A DNA stretch of 64,000 nucleotides from Calditrichia bacterium (GTDB taxonomy: Bacteria; Calditrichota; Calditrichia; JAJRVZ01): contig CAWCNS010000002.1 of NCBI GenBank assembly GCA_963796965.1, positions 96,001-160,000 on the forward strand. Reading direction: 5' to 3'. Under the pieces are notes generated by a model, which was not told where the DNA came from, searched no databases, and was given only the letters and a program-made list of their open reading frames with translations. A program made the translations under genes and the position numbers. Below are positions 1 to 11,900 of the stretch, one piece after another (position 1 is the stretch's first letter; the number at the start of each line of letters is the position of its first letter).

Positions 1-1341
1 GAGAAAGCGGTTAACACTTGATCCAATTCCAAAGGCAAACATATTTGCCTCTCCCAGATTGTTACGTATCAGGTCAAAAGCCTGCTTTTCGACATTCACA
101 TAACCATCTGTGGCAATAACAATCGTCCTGGAATAATTATACTGCTTTGGAAGAGCAAGGGCTCTTTTTAAGGCTGGTAATAATTCAGTTCCCCCGCCAC
201 CTCGTTCCTTATCAATAAGGCGAATGGCTTTTCCGATATTTTCTTCTGATGCTGAAAGGGAATGTTCTGCCAAAACACTTGATCCGGCTGCAAATAACAG
301 TACATTAAAACGATCAGAGGGGCGGAGATTTCCTATAAGATCACGCAATAATTTTTTAGATATATCAAGCGGAAAGCCATTCATTGAGCCTGATACATCA
401 ACTATAAATATATATTCTCTTCCGGGAATTTGTTCTGGTCTGACTCTTTTAGGCGGTTGTAACATCATAAGAAAAAAGTTTTCCTTGTCACCCTCAAAAA
501 GTAACAAGCCGGGTCTGATTATTTCCCCGGCCAATCTGTATTTAAGAATAAAGTCCCGATTTCCGGAATTCTTTGCGGTTGAAGTAAGATTAACCTGAGC
601 CTTATCCTTACTAAGATAGGTAATATCTACATCATGAGAAGGGGAAGAAATTTCTTTTATTGGTAACCCGGCGGATAACGTAACACCCATATCAAAGATA
701 TAGGTGGGAGCTGCGCCAGCATTGAGATAAGGATTTTCAACCCAACGGTCGTTATTAGACGATTCCGATTGCGATTGGTTTGAATAGCGAGGTCCAACAA
801 CCGTGGGGTATATAAATTCGTACATCTGGTTTTCTGATAATAGCAACTCTGTATAATACAACTCAACCTTTATCTCATCACCTGGGAGAATATTACCGAC
901 ATTCATTTGGAATACATTTGGACGCTGTTGTTCTAATAATGAAGCCGTGCGCCCTTCGGTCAGAGCCTGCATATATTCTGCCCGGGCTTTTTCCCGTTCT
1001 TCAATCTTAGCCTGGATTACACGTTCGCCAACGGTCATTTTCATTGCATAGACAGCAGCCCGCGTCGAAGCGGGAAATATATAAATCGCTTCGAGCTTTG
1101 ATTGACCTTCGTTCCTATATAATTGTGTTACTTTTACATCAGCTATAACCCCACTGATATCAACTGAGGTCGTGGTCTCTTTCAATGGCAGTTGATCAAC
1201 CGATGCATTCTCACTCTGAATATAAAAGAAAGGAGCTAAAGTATTATCCTTGACGTTCTCTTCCGGAACTTGTCCAAATAATGGAATGAGGAAAAGGGTA
1301 AAAGTAAAAATGACTGAGGTTAAAAATAAATATCGTGACAT
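1..1341 (-). CDS. VIT + vWA domain protein with signal peptide; 3' end runs off the window
   Basis: Manual translation from ATG at 1341 (RBS GGAGG): MSRYLFLTSVIF...LPLKETTTSVDISGVIADVKVTQLYRN...LEAIYIFP...ASLLEQQRPNVFQMNVGNI (VIT), then EYIFIVDVSGSM (vWA MIDAS). Absent from the ORF track because there is no stop in the window. Confidence 0.9.
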   Translation of the reverse strand, partial: MSRYLFLTSVIFTFTLFLIPLFGQVPEENVKDNTLAPFFYIQSENASVDQLPLKETTTSVDISGVIADVKVTQLYRNEGQSKLEAIYIFPASTRAAVYAMKMTVGERVIQAKIEEREKARAEYMQALTEGRTASLLEQQRPNVFQMNVGNILPGDEIKVELYYTELLLSENQMYEFIYPTVVGPRYSNQSQSESSNNDRWVENPYLNAGAAPTYIFDMGVTLSAGLPIKEISSPSHDVDITYLSKDKAQVNLTSTAKNSGNRDFILKYRLAGEIIRPGLLLFEGDKENFFLMMLQPPKRVRPEQIPGREYIFIVDVSGSMNGFPLDISKKLLRDLIGNLRPSDRFNVLLFAAGSSVLAEHSLSASEENIGKAIRLIDKERGGGGTELLPALKRALALPKQYNYSRTIVIATDGYVNVEKQAFDLIRNNLGEANMFAFGIGSSVNRFL

Positions 1342-1646
1342 AATGTCCTCCGTTTAATTTGGTTTCTCTTTCTATCCATGTATTCAAAAAAAGTTAAAAA
1401 GGTAAATGAATATTTTTAGAAACCTGTGTTCTGGCAGATATTTAATTGTTCTGTATTAGCTATAATGTGTAACTTTTTGAATTGAATTCTTATAAGTAGA
1501 ATAAATGCCCGGGATTAGTGATACGACGCAATCTTAAGGTTATTTAACACACGAAAAAGAGTAGGTGATAAAAAGCATTTACGAATATTATATTAGTGAG
1601 GCATTATCAATTATTTCATGATCTAATTAATTGTTTATCCGATTTC

Positions 1647-1712
1647 AAACACTAAGAACACAAAGGAATCGCAAAGTACACAAAGATAATATTCTTAAAA
1701 AAACTTTGTGTT
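1647..1712. repeat. 9-nt-periodic inverted-repeat element (ACACAAAG type), right arm truncated
   Basis: aaacactaagaacacaaaggaatcgcaaagtacacaaag...ctttgtgtt; similar to 33142-33224 and 50735-50908. Confidence 0.6.
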
Positions 1713-1805
1713 AAATCTATTTTTTACATCTGAACGGCCAGAGGAAATTGGGCTAAACACCTTTAATATCAAGCAATTACTCAACCTGATTTCCCTGAGG
1801 AGAAT

Positions 1806-2249
1806 TTGAACATTATGAGTAAACCGCTGCAATTATTTAAATCGCTCAAACCTTATTTTGGGAAATTTTCCGTGGTAGGGATTAGCGGAATTGTGGTCAA
1901 TCAGGGATTTTTAACTCTTTTTGTCTCCGGATTAAAATGGGATGTTTCAATAGCTGGCATTGTAGCCATCGAGTTATCAATACTGAGTAATTTTTTTCTA
2001 AATAATTACTGGACGTGGAAGGATCAAAAAAGGGGAAGTTTCCTTGTTAGATTTTTCAAATATCATGCAGTTACCGTTTTTTCAGGAGGGGTTAATTACC
2101 TGATCTTATTGATATTAACTTCTTTCGGATTCCATTATTTTATATCCAATTTAATTGGTATTGCAGTTGGTACTGTGGTTAATTTCTTCTTTAATCATTT
2201 CTGGACATTTAAAGCGAAAGAAAATGGAAATGAACCTACACAAAATTAA
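1806..2249 (+). CDS. GtrA family membrane protein
   Basis: KFSVVGISGIVVN...NFFLNNYWTWK...NFFFNHFWTF; four hydrophobic segments. Confidence 0.9.
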   Translation: MNIMSKPLQLFKSLKPYFGKFSVVGISGIVVNQGFLTLFVSGLKWDVSIAGIVAIELSILSNFFLNNYWTWKDQKRGSFLVRFFKYHAVTVFSGGVNYLILLILTSFGFHYFISNLIGIAVGTVVNFFFNHFWTFKAKENGNEPTQN

Positions 2250-2631
2250 AATTAAAGTCCGGGGTTATCATATAGATATGTACCAGCATGTAAATAACGC
2301 CCGATATCTGGAATTTTTGGAGGAAGCACGTTGGGAATATGTTGAATCAGTAATCCCACTCGATGATCTGATGAAAGAAGGGTATGGTTTTGCTGTGGTG
2401 AATATTAATATCAATTACCGCAATCCGGCCTACATTAACCAGATCCTGGAAATTAGCAGTAATATGGCAACAATCAGCCGGCGCAGCGCGACCATTCACC
2501 AACAGATCTTTATAGAAAATTCAAAGACCAAAATTGCCGATGCTGATGTCACTTTTGTTATGATCGATATCAAAACAGGAAAGTCGATACCATTGGAAGG
2601 TGAGATAAGATCCATATTAGAGAAGTTTTAA
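2224..2631 (+). CDS. Acyl-CoA thioesterase (YbgC/FadM hotdog family)
   Basis: VRGYHIDMYQHVNNARYLEFLEEARW motif; ATG at 2224 preferred over the ORF-track start. Confidence 0.9.
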   Translation: MEMNLHKIKIKVRGYHIDMYQHVNNARYLEFLEEARWEYVESVIPLDDLMKEGYGFAVVNININYRNPAYINQILEISSNMATISRRSATIHQQIFIENSKTKIADADVTFVMIDIKTGKSIPLEGEIRSILEKF

Positions 2632-2793
2632 ATTCTCCTACAGCGCTGCAAGAGACAAAAGTAACTTCTGAGTACAGGTATGTATGGCCCAGTTAATTTC
2701 TTCACACACTTGAAGATTAGAGGGACGATTAGTGAGCTTTGAAAATATTTAAATTTATTGATTATGTAAAAATAAATTATGGAGGTATTTCTT

Positions 2794-3309
2794 ATGGCAA
2801 GCGAAGCAATGATTAAAAAATTGAACGAACAATTAAACAAAGAATTCTATTCATCAAATCTCTACCTTCAAATGAGTGCATGGTGTGATACAAAAGGGTT
2901 AGAAGGCGGTGCAGCTTTTCTAAAGGCCCATGCAGAAGAGGAAATGCAACATATGATGAAATTTTTTGTCTATATTAACGAACTTGGTGGAATGGCAGTA
3001 GTTGGAAAAATTGAGGCGCCTCCAACAGAATATACATCTCTTACAGAAATGATGGATGATATCCTCGATCATGAAAAGTTTGTTACAAAAAGTATTCATG
3101 AACTAACGGATGCTGCCTGGGAAGAGAAAGATCATGCTACCTATAACTTTTTACAGTGGTTTGTAAGCGAGCAACATGAAGAGGAAGCATTATTTAGTTC
3201 AATAATCGACAAACTGAAGCTTCTTGGTAGTGAAAACAACCAGGGATTATTTTTTATCGATCGTGAATTAGGTCAGATGGCTGCCGCAGAAGCTGCAGCT
3301 GCTGAATAA
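2794..3309 (+). CDS. ftnA: Non-heme ferritin
   Basis: LNEQLNKEFYSSNLYLQMSAW, EEMQHMMK, FLQWFVSEQHEEE ferroxidase motifs; RBS GGAGG before ATG 2794. Confidence 0.95.
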   Translation: MASEAMIKKLNEQLNKEFYSSNLYLQMSAWCDTKGLEGGAAFLKAHAEEEMQHMMKFFVYINELGGMAVVGKIEAPPTEYTSLTEMMDDILDHEKFVTKSIHELTDAAWEEKDHATYNFLQWFVSEQHEEEALFSSIIDKLKLLGSENNQGLFFIDRELGQMAAAEAAAAE

Positions 3310-3324
3310 ATTAGTATCCATCTC

Positions 3325-3374
3325 AGCCGGGTCAGGCTTTATAGTGATATAAAGACTTGATTCGGCTTTTTTTT
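3325..3374 (+). terminator. Intrinsic terminator after ferritin
   Basis: Long stem agccgggtcaggctttat/ataaagacttgattcggct followed by a T run. Confidence 0.8.
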
Positions 3375-3387
3375 GAGAATAAATATT

Positions 3388-4985
3388 ATGTCACAAATCG
3401 AAATATCAGATAATGATAATCAGACTGCTATAATTAATCCCGCAAATGGTAAACATCTAGGATATTCCCCTCTTCATTCAGTTGATGATTTAATTCTGAA
3501 AATTAATAAAGCACGAATAGCGCAGCAAGAATGGTCACAAACACCCATAAAACAGAGGGTAAAACAGATCAGGAAAGTTGGAGAGCATATTTATCAAAAT
3601 GCAGATAAATTGGCGCGTATTATATCTGAAGACAATGGTAAAACCCAAATGGACGCCCTGGCTTCGGAAGTTATGCCCTCTCTGATGGCCGTTGATTATT
3701 TTTCTAAAAATGCAAAAAGATACTTGAAAAACAAGAAAATTAAAGCCAGTAATATTTTCTTTGCTTACAAAAAAAGTAAAATTATTCGAGTTCCTCTGGG
3801 TGTTATTGGAATTATCGCACCCTGGAACTATCCCTTCTCTATACCTTTTTTTGAAGTCATCATGGGACTCATAGCAGGTAATGCTGTCATTCTGAAAACA
3901 GCCAAAGAGACGCAAATGGTCGGTCTTGCGATCGATGAAAGTATAAAATCGGCCGGTCTTCCAGATGGTTTGTTTAACCATATCAATATGCCCGGTCGCA
4001 TTATAGGTGATGCCATGTTGGATACGGGTATCGATAAATTATTCTTTACAGGATCCGTTGCGGTAGGAAAGAAATTAATGGCAAAGGCCGCTGAAAGTTT
4101 GACACCTGTCTCATTAAGGAGCTAGGTGGAAATGACGCCATGATTGTTTGTAAAGATGCCTATTTAGACAGAGCAGTCGGAGGAATTCTGTGGGCAGGAT
4201 ATCAGAATAGTGGGCAATCTTGCGGTGGTATTGAACGCGTTTATGTGCATGAATCTGTGTATGAGTCATTTATTCAACTATTAAAAAAGAGTGTGGAATC
4301 ATTACGGATAGGATTGGGAACTAATCCGGATTCAGATATTGGTGTAATGACCACGTCATCACAAATAGCAGAAGTCGCCCGCCAAATTCAGGATGCAATT
4401 GAAAACGGGGCAAAAATATACGCAGAATCAACACCGCCAAAGGAGGAAAATTTAAAAAACACAATCCCTGCTGTGGTTTTAACAAACGTTGATCATAGCA
4501 TGTCAATAATGAAGGATGAAACTTTTGGTCCTGTGGTTGGCGTGATGAAATACCGAACTACTGAAGAAGCGATAAATCTGGCTAATGATTCAATTCTTGG
4601 ACTAACCTGTTCTGTCTGGTCCCGAAATCGCAAAAGGGCAGAAAAAATTGGGATAAGGTTACAAGCAGGCGTCATTACAATTAACGATCATCTCATGACC
4701 CATGGAATGCCTGAAACACCCTGGGGAGGATTCAAACAATCAGGGATTGGCCGGTGTCATGGTGAAATAGGTTTCGAAGAAATGACCCAACCACAGGTAG
4801 TTGTACAGGATTTGCTCCATTTTGCCAGAAAAAACCCATGGTGGCATCCTTATAGTCTAAAATCGTATGATGGTATAAAAGGTATTATGCAGTTTCTTTA
4901 TTCAAAAAGGATAAGTAAAAAATTATCCGGAATTTTCGATTTCTTGAAAATTGTACCGGATATGTTTTTTAAAAGAAAGGAATAA
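3388..4985 (+). CDS. NAD(P)-dependent aldehyde dehydrogenase; one frameshift near 4117
   Basis: IIAPWNYP, FTGSVAVG, then SL/ELGGNDAM across the indel, NSGQSC (catalytic Cys), ETFGPV, PWGGFKQSGIG. Joins ORFs 3373-4125 and 4140-4985. Confidence 0.9.
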
Positions 4986-5072
4986 ATCCGCATCATGAAT
5001 TCAAGTAATCCTCTTATAAAGCCTGCCTGATCTTCACAGGACACGTATATTGCTAATCAATAGATTTGCCAG

Positions 5073-5355
5073 CTAAAAAAGTTCACCCATATTCATAAGT
5101 GCGGCAACCAATAAGAATAGAACAACAGAACCAAGCAGTGATACCATTGATCCGGTCTTTGCCATTTCCTTAGTCTCAATAGTACCCGTTGCAAAGGCTA
5201 TTGCGTTCGGAGGTGTACCAATTGGCAAACTCATAGCGAGAGAAGATGCAAGTGCAACGATAATCGCTCCAGCACTCGGCGCAATCACTGCAACAGAAGA
5301 TACAATGGGTATGAGCAAATTAGCTGCGGATGTGTGACTCATAAAATTGGATAAG
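5073..5355 (-). pseudogene. C-terminal remnant of an SLC13/DASS anion permease
   Basis: LSNFMSHTSAANLLIPI...SLAMSLPIGTPPNAIAF matches the DASS C-terminal hairpin motifs; only about 160 bp separate it from the upstream gene, so the N-terminal part is missing. Confidence 0.75.
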
Positions 5356-5515
5356 ATTTAATTTAAGAAGAGTTTAATCAACAAAGCAAGGTATCTATCT
5401 GTCTAAGTTAATGTAAGTTCAGGTATACTTTTCATGGTATTTACATCTTCGGAAGATCAACTAAATAAAGATATATAAGGTATGTATAGTTAAGAGGCTT
5501 TAATATATTAATAAG

Positions 5516-6193
5516 TTAATTTTTATTTTTATTGGCTACAAAACCAATTTTATCAAATGGACGAACGACGCTGGTTGAAACATTTTGAAGATGACTATTG
5601 ATCCGTTTCAGATGACGTATATATAAGGCGAGGGCTACAGCCTTAGAATATTGAATTTTTTTATCAGTCATTTTTATCAAATCTGTCTCACACGTGTCAC
5701 ACAATTTATTTATCCAACGATACTCAGAAAGCATTTTATCTGCATCTTCTGTATCGCCATCCTTAAATTGTGTCCGGACTCTGGAGAATTCATCTTCGAC
5801 GGCCGCTTCGATTTTCAAGAGATCGGCTTTAAATCCTTTAGGTTTCAATCTGCTGTGATAATTATTTGTTAATTCAAGCACATTTTTGCATTCGTCTCCA
5901 ATTCGTTCAATATCGATGATTACACTAGCTAGTAGCAAACCCGAATAAATATCTTCGCGGCTTTTTTCCTGAAGATGACGCATCACTTTCTTGCGAATTT
6001 TGCGCTCGAATTTATTAACTTTTGCATCAGCATCAAGAATATCAATACCCATTTTCTTTGGATTTTGTTCACGCAATCCTGATTTTGCTTCTATAAACAT
6101 TTTCTCGGTTAAGGCAAACATTTTATGTGTATCAGCATATGCCTTATCTAAAGTTGTTTCTTTTCCAAAGACTGTTAATAATGGTTTCCACAC
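5516..6193 (-). CDS. PhoU domain protein
   Basis: DAKVNKFERKIRK, IIDIERIGDECKN and a second HLKRINSH repeat. Confidence 0.8.
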   Translation of the reverse strand: MWKPLLTVFGKETTLDKAYADTHKMFALTEKMFIEAKSGLREQNPKKMGIDILDADAKVNKFERKIRKKVMRHLQEKSREDIYSGLLLASVIIDIERIGDECKNVLELTNNYHSRLKPKGFKADLLKIEAAVEDEFSRVRTQFKDGDTEDADKMLSEYRWINKLCDTCETDLIKMTDKKIQYSKAVALALYIRHLKRINSHLQNVSTSVVRPFDKIGFVANKNKN

Positions 6194-6534
6194 AATATAA
6201 CCTCAAAAAGTTATGGATATTTTTTGGCCATGATTAAGTCCAAGACCAGACATGTGGCCTGATCTTTTATCTTTTGCCTTTGACCCTTTGCAATATTTAT
6301 ATCATTGTCATCCTTCTGATCACAAATATTGTCGGGTAAATTATGACATAAATATAAGTAATTTTTCTATTTAGAGCCAGAAATTTGTGAGGTAATTATT
6401 CCCATCTACAGAATATCTATAGTCCGATATTTTGAGGATGAGTAGTTTGAATTGTTATTTTCTCTATATATAGTTAAATTTCGAGTTAATGTGTTAAATA
6501 TAAGGTAAAAATCCAAATAGGTAATATTTATAAA

Positions 6535-7608
6535 ATGTCTACACTCAAACCGCAAGAAATATCCATAGATGTCTCTCCTCAGAATCGTTTTGAGATAACT
6601 GATATTTCTACAAAGATCAGAGAAATGGTGAATGAAGAAATGAGTAGGTATCGTAAAGCGACCTATTGTTCTTTTCACACAACAGCAGGTTATCTAGAGC
6701 AAAGTCTTTGTAGCAGATTAGACAACCAGATTGACAACATAAGAACCTATATAAAGGCCTTTCAGCAATTATTTCCGGATAATGCAGATTATGTTCACGA
6801 TAATATGGATATGCGTGATGAGTTAACCGAAGAGGAGCGACAGGTAGAACCTCGAAATGCCGATTCACATTTAACATTTATAGGATCTGGATTAAAAAAT
6901 TGTGTCACCTATGTCAATAAACCTGATACACCTGTTTATTTTATCGACTTAGATGGGGTTAGTGAATTTGGAAAGCGCAAGCGTATGACAAGCGTCATGT
7001 TTTATAATGAGGAAGAAACCGTTTTCGAACAAAAAGTTGATGTACCCGTCTCCATGCACCCTATTGATTCTATTAATCTAAGACATCCAAATCTGGGCTA
7101 TATGCAAAAACTTGAAGAATTATTTCAGGCTTATGACATAGAAAGAGGACGGGTTGATATTGCTCTTGATCCATCTGAAAAATATGCCGGAATTACTGTA
7201 AATGAGTATGAGACCTTACTTATGACCTATGATCTGGTTGAAATCCTCAGGAATCCATTAAAATTCATGGGTGAGAAAGGAAAATATATTCTTCACAATC
7301 CATCAAAATTGGCAGAGCGTACCAAGGAATATGCAAAATTTGATTTTGTGCACATCATGAATGAATTAATTGATTCGTTTCATTTGAATCATTCTGTCAT
7401 TGAGAAGATGATGGCAAAAGCACTAGCTTATCCTGCAGAAAAATTCCTACGTGTAAAACGAAAAGTCAGTTTTATTGTAAGCAATGATGGCAAGAAGCGA
7501 ACCGCAGAAATCCTCTCCGGACGCTACCAGAGCCCGATTTTAGTTCAATGGAAACCCTCACCAAAATTATCCCGCTCAGTTATTCTCACCATCACGCGGT
7601 ACAAATAG
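6535..7608 (+). CDS. Hypothetical protein with apparent tandem YjbQ/UPF0047-like domains
   Basis: First half: HTTAG, Y.HD, NADSHL, VYFIDLDG..R. Second half: AGITVNE...DL, GRYQ..LVQW...R.V.LTI. Confidence 0.6.
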   Translation: MSTLKPQEISIDVSPQNRFEITDISTKIREMVNEEMSRYRKATYCSFHTTAGYLEQSLCSRLDNQIDNIRTYIKAFQQLFPDNADYVHDNMDMRDELTEEERQVEPRNADSHLTFIGSGLKNCVTYVNKPDTPVYFIDLDGVSEFGKRKRMTSVMFYNEEETVFEQKVDVPVSMHPIDSINLRHPNLGYMQKLEELFQAYDIERGRVDIALDPSEKYAGITVNEYETLLMTYDLVEILRNPLKFMGEKGKYILHNPSKLAERTKEYAKFDFVHIMNELIDSFHLNHSVIEKMMAKALAYPAEKFLRVKRKVSFIVSNDGKKRTAEILSGRYQSPILVQWKPSPKLSRSVILTITRYK

Positions 7609-7611
7609 TTA

Positions 7612-7748
7612 TCTACGAATTACACAGATTTAGTCAAATTTCACGAATTATTATTATTTATTTTATTCTTTAATGTCATTTTTGATGAGGAATAAATAAT
7701 ATAAAATTTTAATTCGTGAAATCAGTTCTAATTCGTGTAATTCGTGGA
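7612..7748. repeat. Inverted-repeat element (ACGAATTACAC...ATTCGTG type) between convergent genes
   Basis: tctacgaattacacagatt...aattcgtgtaattcgtgga; a related left arm is at 13418. Confidence 0.7.
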
Positions 7749-7762
7749 AAAGAGAATCTTCC

Positions 7763-8539
7763 TTAAATCAACGACCTTGATTGCCCACCATCAACATTAA
7801 TGCACGCACCAGCAACAAGACTGGATTTCTCAGAAGCGAGAAAACAAACCACATTGGCCACTTCTTCTACACTGCCAAAGCGTCCGATCGGCAATTCACT
7901 TTCTACAAATTTGTTCATACCTTCGGGATCAGCAATGCAGCGTTTGTCCCAACTCCCGCCAGGAAACCTTATGGATCCAGGTGCCACCGTATTCACACGT
8001 ATACCCTCCCCGGCCAATTCACCTGCCATGACCTTTGCCATACTAATCATCGCTGATTTTGTTGCATTATAAATTGAAAGCGTTGCACCGCCCGACTCGC
8101 GCCCAAAGATTGATGAGATGAAAATGATCGAACCCGATTCCTGTTTTTTGAGTTCGGGGATAAATTGACGGGTAACTTCACCATGAGAAAGTAAATTGAT
8201 ATCCATAATGGCGCGCCAGTCTTCGTCCAAGGTGTCTTCAAACCGACCGCGCTTATTGCTACCTACATTATTAACCAATACATCCACAGCACCAAAATGT
8301 TGTATTGTCTGTTCCTTTAGTTTCTTAGCTCCATCCTTCTGGGTAATATCAAGAGCAAGTGCAAGCACTTCCGCCCCCGTTTTCCTGAGTTCATTTGCCG
8401 TTGTCTCCAGGGCTTCTTCTCCCCTGGCACATATAACTAATCGGCAGCCCTCAGTGGCTAACCCTTGTGCAATTCCTTTTCCAATCCCCCGGCTGCCACC
8501 CGTAACAACCGCAACTTTTCCTTTTAAACCTAAATCCAT
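7763..8539 (-). CDS. Short-chain dehydrogenase/reductase (FabG-like)
   Basis: TGGSRGIG, LVNNVG, YNATK catalytic motif, VDGG. Confidence 0.92.
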   Translation of the reverse strand: MDLGLKGKVAVVTGGSRGIGKGIAQGLATEGCRLVICARGEEALETTANELRKTGAEVLALALDITQKDGAKKLKEQTIQHFGAVDVLVNNVGSNKRGRFEDTLDEDWRAIMDINLLSHGEVTRQFIPELKKQESGSIIFISSIFGRESGGATLSIYNATKSAMISMAKVMAGELAGEGIRVNTVAPGSIRFPGGSWDKRCIADPEGMNKFVESELPIGRFGSVEEVANVVCFLASEKSSLVAGACINVDGGQSRSLI

Positions 8540-8979
8540 ATTTACTCCCTGTCCTCTGTATATTTGCGTAATTGATAAGATTCTGAATATTGAAAGATTT
8601 AACGATCAGGTTAGTTTTGTCAAATTATTTTGTGCTTAAATTAAATCCAGACAGAGACAAGATGAACAATAGTCCAGATTATTAAGCATGTATCGAATAT
8701 CTGACCGGTATCATAATCATCTATTCGTTTAATATATCCTGACCATGAGACGCGCTGAAGTTTAAAGAACAGTGCATTAAAATAAAAATTTTTTTCTCTT
8801 ATTTATGGGCTTGTTAAAATCAAACCTATTTTATATTTTGGGGAATAGAATTTGGATCAACATGATATAATTCTAACCTTGTCACCAAAGAATAAGGCTA
8901 TTTGATTTAAAGGAATTACCCTCAATTTACTTGAAATAGTGAAAATTCCTCAAAAGAAGCTCATTTAGGCATATAATCC

Positions 8980-11900
8980 ATGAATAAAATGTCTCAACCT
9001 CTATTAGAAAAACTCTCATTCCATTCGGTCATTCAGACTTGGTTTGAAGATTCATTTGAATCAATAAGCCCCCCCAGAAGCAGGGATGGCCCTCAATTCG
9101 TGAAGGCAATCATTCCCTGATTCTGGCTCCTACCGGTTCGGGAAAAACCCTCGCTGCTTTCTTAAGTAGCATAGATGAATTATTCCAAATGGGTATAAAG
9201 AATAAAGATTTTGAAAGAAATTCTTCAGGGATCCATACCTTGTATATTTCACCCCTGAAAGCCTTAAACAACGACATTCAGCGGAATCTTACTAAGCCGC
9301 TAAAGGAAATTCAGAATATTGCTGCAAAGTCGGGAATCCCAGATTTCGAAATCCGGACCTTGGTACGTACCGGTGATACCCCGCCCCACTTAAGACAAGC
9401 CATGTTAACCAAGCCCCCGCATATTCTGATTACAACGCCAGAATCGCTTTATCTCATCCTAAATTCAGAAAAAGGCCGCCAGCTATTTACAAATCTGCGT
9501 TATGTCATCGTTGATGAAATCCATTCGATCACGACGAACAAACGTGGGGTGCATTTAAATCTCTCTCTGGAACGTTTAATGCCCTTATGCAAAAAAGAAC
9601 CAGTAAGGATAGGTCTCTCCGCAACCCAAAAGCCGCTTCAACGGATTGCTGATTTTCTGGGTGGTTATAAATGGAATGGAAAAAACTTTGTTAAGCGTCC
9701 TGTCAAGATTTTAGACTGCGGTCAACGAAAAAAAATGGATCTACAAGTAATATGTCCGGTTGAAGATCTTTCCGAGCTGCCGGAGGCTTCTGTCTGGCCT
9801 GCTGTGTATAAAAAATTATACGACTATATAACTTCCCATAATACCACCCTTGTTTTTTTGAATATGCGTGCCCAGGTAGAAAAAACTGCCCGTAAGTTAA
9901 ACGAAATGTTCCAGGATAAGAGTGATGATCCGCAAGCTCAGCTTGCGTTACCTCATCATGGCAGCATGTCCAGAGAAATGCGCTATGAGGTAGAAGAAAA
10001 ATTAAAACAAGGTCGTATTCCGGCAGTCATAGCCACATCATCCCTGGAACTTGGCATAGATATTGGATCTGTAGATTTGGTCGTTCACTTGGAAGCACCC
10101 AAGTCAGTCTCGGCAGGGTTGCAGCGCGTGGGCCGCAGCGGCCATCTGCTCAAAGCAACCAGCAAAGGCCGGATCATCCCACTCTACCTGGCTGATCTGG
10201 ATGATGCCGTGGCCCTTGCCGATAGCATGAAAAAGGGTGATATCGAAGAAATTACCATCCCACATAATTGTTTGGATGTTCTTGCACAACAAATTGTGGC
10301 CGAGGTAGCCGCACAATCATGGCAACGAAAGAATCTCTATTCACTTTTCAAACAATCCCATTGTTACCGGGATTTAACTGAATCAAGTTTTAACAATGTA
10401 CTGGAAATGTTAACCGGACGATATGCAGAGACAAAATTACCAGCCTTAAAACCTGTAATTAACTGGGATCGAATTAATGACCACCTGAATGCCCTTCCGG
10501 GATCCCGGCTTCTGGCAAATATGAACGGTGGTACGATTCCCGACCGTGGATATTATGGCGTCTACCTGGCTGACAGCAATACCAGACTTGGTGAAATGGA
10601 AGAAGAGTTTGTTTTTGAATCCAAAGCCGGTGATGTTTTTTTTCTCGGAAATACCGAGTGGCGAATCAATGCCATAATGCAAGATCGCCTTATCGTTACA
10701 CCGGCAGAATCACTAAAACCTCGCGCCCCCTTCTGGAAAGGAGATCTGGGGTATCAGAATGCTGCAACCGCGGAAAAAGTAGGGGCATTTCGGGAGAACC
10801 TGTTACAGGAAATAGATAAATCAGAGGAAGTGGAACACTTAGCCCAAAAATATAGCGCAGATGAGTACATATTTTCAAATCTAATAAGATATTTCAAAAA
10901 ACAAAAAGTCTCTACCAGAACAGTACCTACAAATTCACAACTTGTAGTGGAATATTTTTATGATACGACCGATGAACTTCATTTCGTAATTCATGCTCCC
11001 TTCGGCGGGCGGGTGAACGCTGCCTGGGCCATCGTTATTGCCGCACATTTAGAATCCAGGTTACAAACCGAAGTACAATACTCTTTTGATGATGACGGTT
11101 TTATTATCCGCATCAGAAGCACAACGGAAATCCCCAATATCGAATCATTATTACACCTTCCATCTACGGAGATCCGTACAATTCTTACGGAAAAATTAGC
11201 CAGCACACCGATCTTTGCCATTCAATTTCGCTATTGTGCTGCCCGGGCTTTATTATTGGCCCGCTCCCGTCCCGGAAAACGAATTCCCCTATGGCTGCAG
11301 CGGCTCCGTGCCTCTGATCTTTACCAATCCATAAAAAAATATCCCGATTTTCCTGTTCTTTTGGAGACCTATCGCAGCTGCCTGGAAGATCTTTTTGACC
11401 TCAATGCCCTTCAATCTGTTTCCCGGCGTATTAGTAACGGGGAAATCACAGTGAAGACAATACAGACCAAGGCACCTTCCCCCATGGTCTCCGGATTAAT
11501 TTTCGACTTTTTATCTAATCAAGTTTATGAGATGGATCGTTCACGGGCACCGGGACAGGTGGCTCTCGTAAGCAATGATCTGCTTTCCGAAATTTTATCA
11601 CGTGAAAATATCCCCGGCATCATTACACAAGATATCATTGAGGAGAGTCGGGTAAGATGGCAATCGTTGCATCCCGATTACCAGGCAAGAACGGCTGAAG
11701 AACTGCACCTGGTTATAAAGAAGCTCGGCCCAATTAATGATCAGGAACTTAAATTAAGAGTTCGCCAATCGCCCGAGTCATGGCTACATTCCCTTCATGC
11801 CGATGGCAGAATCTTAAAAGCACCGAATCCATATAAGGGATGGATCGCAAGTGAAAATAATTCGCTCTATTCAAAACCGCAAAACATGTCCTCTGAATCT

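Noticed and set aside
224..866. ORFs 224-598 (+) and 657-866 (-)
   Set aside because: Shadow frames of the VIT-vWA gene; the same applies to most short ORFs overlapping long genes.
4100..4140. Programmed frameshifting in ALDH and the other split genes
   Set aside because: No slippery-site/structure pattern, and these families are not known to be recoded; assembly error is simpler.
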